Assembly: GCA_051313645.2 (NCBI GenBank)
Contig: JBNRSN020000004.1
Span: 55,738,001 to 55,802,000 of the forward strand
DNA from: Centroscyllium fabricii
Lineage: Eukaryota
Length of the DNA: 64,000 nucleotides
Reading direction: 5' to 3'
Made by a program: the position numbers and the translations under genes. The stretch's first letter is position 1; the number at the start of each line of letters is the position of its first letter. Of this stretch, positions 59,735-64,000 are shown in pieces. The notes under the pieces were generated by a model, which did not search any database, was not told where the DNA came from, and saw only the letters and a list, made by a program, of their open reading frames with translations.

Positions 59735-62700
59735 TGTAGAGGCATGCAGGCCTGAAGAACCACGCTGGACACAGAAGATTCGGAAAACAATCATTTAATA
59801 TTAACTCAGCTATGGCCAGGTAGCGAAAGAGAGTGAGCCACCTGGAACCAAGGTATTTAAAGGACCCGCGGTTGGTGACGTCACTGCCGGGTGTCCACCT
59901 GGCGACGTCATCACGCTGGAAGTCGCGGTGACGTCATCACGCCGCCCGGCGGGCGGGGCTGTCTCGCAGTACTCCCGAGGCGGATTCGATGGTCCTGGTG
60001 GGCGTGTCGCCACACAGCTCCCCCCCAGAATCTGTGAGGGAGAGTGAAGTTTAAGCTAAAGTAGAAAGGAGCATAAAGTAAAATAAAAAAATGGAGCATA
60101 AAAGTTGAGTCTCAGGCGAGGCGTTGAGGTGGCCTGATGATGCGGCCAACACGTGTTGTGCGCTGCTCCTTGTTCTGCGTTGGAGTGTGGGCGGGCTTTG
60201 GTGCGGTAGGGCGTCCGCGCTTTGGTGGCTTCGCGGGGACTGTTGTCTCACCCACCATTACATGTGCCGGTTTGAGCCGGTCGATTGAGACAGTCTCAGC
60301 TTTGTTGCCCATTTTAATTTGAAACGTTTTAGGTCCCGTCCGAAGCACTCTGTACGGTCCGTCGTACGGTGGCTGTAGTGGTGTTCGATGTGCGTCGTGG
60401 CGGACAAACACATACTTGGCATTTTCGATGCCGTCTGGAACACGTGCTGCCGGCTCTCCGTGCTGGGCCACCGGAAGTGGTTTAAACACCGCTGCCTGGT
60501 TATTGAAGTCTTTGAGGCAGCGGTCGGCTGACCAGGGGGCGTTGGTTTCTGCGACGAACTCGCCTGGTACGGTTAGGGGTTGGCCATAGACGAGTTCTGC
60601 CGCTGAGGCATGCAGGTCTTCCTTGGCCGCTGAACGCAGGCCGAGCATTACCCAGGGCAGATGGTCGGTCCAGGTCGCGTCTTTGAGGCTGGCCCGCAAG
60701 GAAGCTTTGATGGAGCGGTGGAACCGTTCGCAGAGGCCATTGGCCTGTGGGTGGTAGGCGGTGGTTCGGTGCAGGGTTGCCCTGAGGTCGTGGGCGATGG
60801 TTGCCCATATGGTTGAGGTAAATTGGGGGCCCCTGTCTGATGTGATGTCGGTGGGATCGCCGAAACGTGCGACCCAGGTGGCAATGAAGGACCTGGCCAG
60901 GTCCGCGGTGGTGGTAGCGGTGAGGGGGACCGCTTCTGGCCAGCGGGTGCTGCGGTCGACCATAGTCATGACATGTGTATGTCCCCGTGATGGTGGTAGT
61001 GGTCCGACCAGGTCGATGTGGACGTGGCTGAAGCATCTAGCTGGGATGGCGATCGTTTCAAGTGGCGCCTTGATGTGCTTGTGCGCCTTGGTGCGCTGGC
61101 ATGCATTGCAGGTGTTGGTCCAGGCGCGGACATCCTTGCGCAGGCCGCGCCAAACGAATCGCGCAGAGATGAGCTTTGTGGACGCGCGGACACCGGGGTG
61201 GGACAGGTCATGGAGGGTCTGGAATATGTGTCGCCTCCATGCGTGGGGGACGACGGGTCTGGGCTGCGGGAGGGAGACGTCGCAGCGGACCGCCGTGGCT
61301 GTGGGCCCGTGTGCTACGGTGGCCAAGAGCAGGCCGGGGAGGTTGGTAGCTGGGTCGAGCAGATCGGGGTCGGTCAGTTGGTCGGCCGCCAGTTTGGCGT
61401 AGTCGACGGCCGTTTGAACGGAGTTGATGGTGGGGCATGAGAGGCAGTCAGCAACCACGTTGTCGCGGCCAGCAATGTGCTGTATGTCGGTGGTAAACTC
61501 CGACACAGCCGCGAGCTGGCGCTGCTGCCTGGCCGACCAGGGTTCAGAGATCTTAGCCATTGCAGACACAAGTGGCTTGTGATCCACGAAGGCTGTAAAG
61601 TGGCGGCCCTCTAGGAGGAAGCGGAAGTGGCGCACTGCGATGTCGAGAGCGAGTAGCTCCCTATCGAAGTCACTGTACTTGACCTCCGGGGGCCGGAGTT
61701 GTCGGCTGAAAAAGGCCAGGGGTTGCCAGGAGTCGCCTGTCCACTGCTCAAAGACTGCTCCGACTGCGCAGTCGGAGGCGTCGGTGGTGAGGGCTACTCT
61801 GGCGTTGGGCCTAGGGTGGCTGAGGAGCGTGGCGTTGGCCAGGGCGGTTTTGGTTGCGGTAAAGGCGGTGGAGGCTTCGGCCGTCCACTCGACCGCAGCC
61901 TTGTTGGACTGCCCGCGGGTGGCCTGATAGAGGGGTGCCATGAGAGCGGCTGCTCCTGGGATGAAGTGGTTATAGAAGTTAACCATCCCGAGGAATTCCT
62001 GCAGCCCCTTGATGGAGTGCGGGCGGGGGAATTCCTGGACCGCCTGCACCTTGGAGGGCAGGTTTATGGCCCCGGTCTGTGAGATGTGGTGGCCGAGGAA
62101 GTCGATCGTCTCGAGGCCGAATCGACATTTGGAGGGGCTTAATATAAGGCCGTGTTCGGCCAGGCGGTTGAAAAGGGCCCTGAGTTGGAGGAGGTGTTCC
62201 TGGGGGGAGGTGCTGGCCACGAGGATGTCGTCTAGGTAGACGAACGTGAACTGCAAGTCCCGTAGGACTGAGTCCATGAGGCGCTGGAAGGCCTGGGCCG
62301 CATTTTTGAGTCCGAAGGGCATTCGGAGGAATTCAAATAATCCAAATGGGGTAATGACGGCTGTCTTAGGGACGTCCGCCGGGTGCACTGGTACCTGGTG
62401 GTAGCCCCGTACCAGGTCGATCTTGGAAAAGACCGTGCAGCCGGCTAGCCTTGCTGAGAAATCTTGGATGTGGGGGACGGGGTACCTGTCCGGGGTGGTG
62501 GCGTTGTTGAGGCGGCGGTAGTCTCCGCAGTGGCGCCAGCCGCCGCCGGGTTTGGGGGCGATGTGGAGGGAAGAGGCCCAGGTGCTGCTGGAGCGGCGGA
62601 TTATGCCGAGTTGTTCCATGATGTGGAACTCGGCGCGCGCGATCTCCAGCTTGGCCGGGTCCAGCCTGCATGCGTGGGCGTGGACTGGGGGGCCTGTGGT

Positions 62701-64000
62701 GGTGATGTGATGCTCCACCCCGTGTTTGGCCGTACGGGCTGTGAAGGTGGGGTTGGTGAGGGCTGGGAACTCCGCGAGGAGCGTGCCGTACGTGTCGGAG
62801 TTCCGGGCTCGGCAGTGGGACGCTGCGTGGGTCTGGTGTGCCGGCCCTGTGGAGCATGGGATGGTCGACATGTTATGGATGTCGACCAGGCGGCGTCGGG
62901 TAACGTCGACCAGGAGGCTGTGGGCGCACAGAAAGTCAGCCCCGAGTAGGGGTATTTTGACTTGGGCTGTGATGAAATCCCACTTGTACGTGTGGCCTGC
63001 CAGCTTGATGGTAAGCTGGCGGGTGCCGAACGTAACTATCTCGGAGTCGTTTGCGGCTTCGAGTGGTGGGCCTTGGGTGCCTTGCTTGGTTTCTGCGGGG
63101 GAGGCTGGAACGATGCTGTGCTGCGCGCCTGTGTCGCAGAGGAAGCGGAGGCCTGAGCCACTGTCCGTGACGAAGAGCAGTGCTCCGGAGCGGCCTACGG
63201 ACATGGTGGGGCTGGGGCTGGTTTGGGGTTTGAAGGTGCAGGGCTGGACGCAGCGCTGCGCTTTAGCTTCAAATCTGGTGTGGTAGTAGCACCAGCCGGG
63301 GCCTGTGGTGCGTGGCTTTTTGTGGGTCCGCACCGGTCTGTGTTGGGACCTGGGGCCGGGCTTGGGGTGCGCGTAGTACTGCTCCGGTGGAGCGGCGGTG
63401 GGTCGGCACGTGGCGGCTCGGGTGCGCTCGGCCCTCATCAGCTTGTCGGCCTCCTGAGCCAGTTGCTCCTTGGTATAGTGCTCAAGGACCGTCAAAGCCG
63501 GTCTGACAGAGGGAGGCAGTTTAAGGAGGAACAAGGCGCGCTTAATGGTGGCCGGGTCGCAATTGAGCGCTTCCATTTGGGCCCAGAGGTCCGATGGGTC
63601 TGCGTCCCCAAGTTCGGGGAGGTTAATGAGCTGGCAGTCGCGCTCAAATTGGGTGGGGGTGAATTTTTGTAGCAGCGCGGCCTTAAGCGTTTCATACCTG
63701 CCAGTGGTTGATTCGTGCTGTATCGATGACCACATTCGGTCGATCGTGGGCTGTGAAAGGGCCGCGAAGAGCAGGCTGTATCGATCGTCCCCCTGCACGC
63801 CATGGATGCGGTAGGTGTTCTCTGTGTTGAGGAACCAGGCCACTGGACAGAGTTCCCAGAACTCTGGTAAGTTTGGGATTTGGCCCCGTCTGTGGAGTCG
63901 TGCTGTTTGGCTCCCTGCTGGCATGGTGGTTGTGATTCAACTGAGGCAGCTTGGCCCTCAGTCCTGCAGCGACTGCTTCATTATGTTCCCTTGGAATTCG
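59735..64000 (-). mobile_element. Second CsRN1-like Gypsy element (3' LTR 59735-60014; 5' LTR outside the window)
   Basis: LTR related to the 51011 element, PPT near 60019-60026, internal region highly similar to 51300-55290. Confidence 0.95.
60112..63924 (-). CDS. gag-pol: Gag-Pol polyprotein, 1270 aa, open
   Basis: CHCC gag, DTGA protease, YLDD, TDAS, HHCC, DDE (ANGLCER) and GPY motif. Confidence 0.95.
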   Translation of the reverse strand: MPAGSQTARLHRRGQIPNLPEFWELCPVAWFLNTENTYRIHGVQGDDRYSLLFAALSQPTIDRMWSSIQHESTTGRYETLKAALLQKFTPTQFERDCQLINLPELGDADPSDLWAQMEALNCDPATIKRALFLLKLPPSVRPALTVLEHYTKEQLAQEADKLMRAERTRAATCRPTAAPPEQYYAHPKPGPRSQHRPVRTHKKPRTTGPGWCYYHTRFEAKAQRCVQPCTFKPQTSPSPTMSVGRSGALLFVTDSGSGLRFLCDTGAQHSIVPASPAETKQGTQGPPLEAANDSEIVTFGTRQLTIKLAGHTYKWDFITAQVKIPLLGADFLCAHSLLVDVTRRRLVDIHNMSTIPCSTGPAHQTHAASHCRARNSDTYGTLLAEFPALTNPTFTARTAKHGVEHHITTTGPPVHAHACRLDPAKLEIARAEFHIMEQLGIIRRSSSTWASSLHIAPKPGGGWRHCGDYRRLNNATTPDRYPVPHIQDFSARLAGCTVFSKIDLVRGYHQVPVHPADVPKTAVITPFGLFEFLRMPFGLKNAAQAFQRLMDSVLRDLQFTFVYLDDILVASTSPQEHLLQLRALFNRLAEHGLILSPSKCRFGLETIDFLGHHISQTGAINLPSKVQAVQEFPRPHSIKGLQEFLGMVNFYNHFIPGAAALMAPLYQATRGQSNKAAVEWTAEASTAFTATKTALANATLLSHPRPNARVALTTDASDCAVGAVFEQWTGDSWQPLAFFSRQLRPPEVKYSDFDRELLALDIAVRHFRFLLEGRHFTAFVDHKPLVSAMAKISEPWSARQQRQLAAVSEFTTDIQHIAGRDNVVADCLSCPTINSVQTAVDYAKLAADQLTDPDLLDPATNLPGLLLATVAHGPTATAVRCDVSLPQPRPVVPHAWRRHIFQTLHDLSHPGVRASTKLISARFVWRGLRKDVRAWTNTCNACQRTKAHKHIKAPLETIAIPARCFSHVHIDLVGPLPPSRGHTHVMTMVDRSTRWPEAVPLTATTTADLARSFIATWVARFGDPTDITSDRGPQFTSTIWATIAHDLRATLHRTTAYHPQANGLCERFHRSIKASLRASLKDATWTDHLPWVMLGLRSAAKEDLHASAAELVYGQPLTVPGEFVAETNAPWSADRCLKDFNNQAAVFKPLPVAQHGEPAARVPDGIENAKYVFVRHDAHRTPLQPPYDGPYRVLRTGPKTFQIKMGNKAETVSIDRLKPAHVMVGETTVPAKPPKRGRPTAPKPAHTPTQNKEQRTTRVGRIIRPPQRLA

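Noticed and set aside
51434-63940. Numerous antisense and alternate-frame ORFs within the Gypsy elements, including a possible env or accessory gene
   Set aside because: These are shadow ORFs of GC-rich gag-pol, and there is no room for env between integrase and the PPT.

Overview
Eukaryotic, repeat-saturated genomic DNA, most likely from a shark or ray. The evidence is HE1/V-type SINEs, CR1 LINEs with octamer tails, Rex1, Penelope and DeuSINE/MetaSINE remnants. No host protein-coding gene could be confidently identified, so the window looks intronic or intergenic. Nearly all ORFs in the track are transposon-derived or shadow frames. Main contents: (1) a Vingi/Ingi-like endonuclease ORF at the left edge; (2) many CR1 fragments, including a near-complete copy (14157-19320, minus) with an intact SGNH-esterase ORF1 and an ORF2 broken only by a solo LTR and one stop; (3) CR1-group (Zenon-like) LINEs, one of which starts with a tRNA-derived MetaSINE head and appears to be the parent structure of a free MetaSINE at 59198-59698; (4) seven full HE1-like V-SINEs; (5) Penelope termini carrying minimal hammerhead ribozyme motifs; (6) about 15 PIF/Harbinger-like MITEs with 3-bp TSDs, several carrying opposing splice donors and three inserted in the same CR1 tail microsatellite; (7) two young CsRN1-clade Gypsy elements with open gag-pol ORFs facing each other, plus a decayed Mag-like Gypsy; (8) a 21-bp minisatellite that is largely open in all six frames. 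All calls are from manual reading. Boundaries are approximate unless a TSD is quoted.
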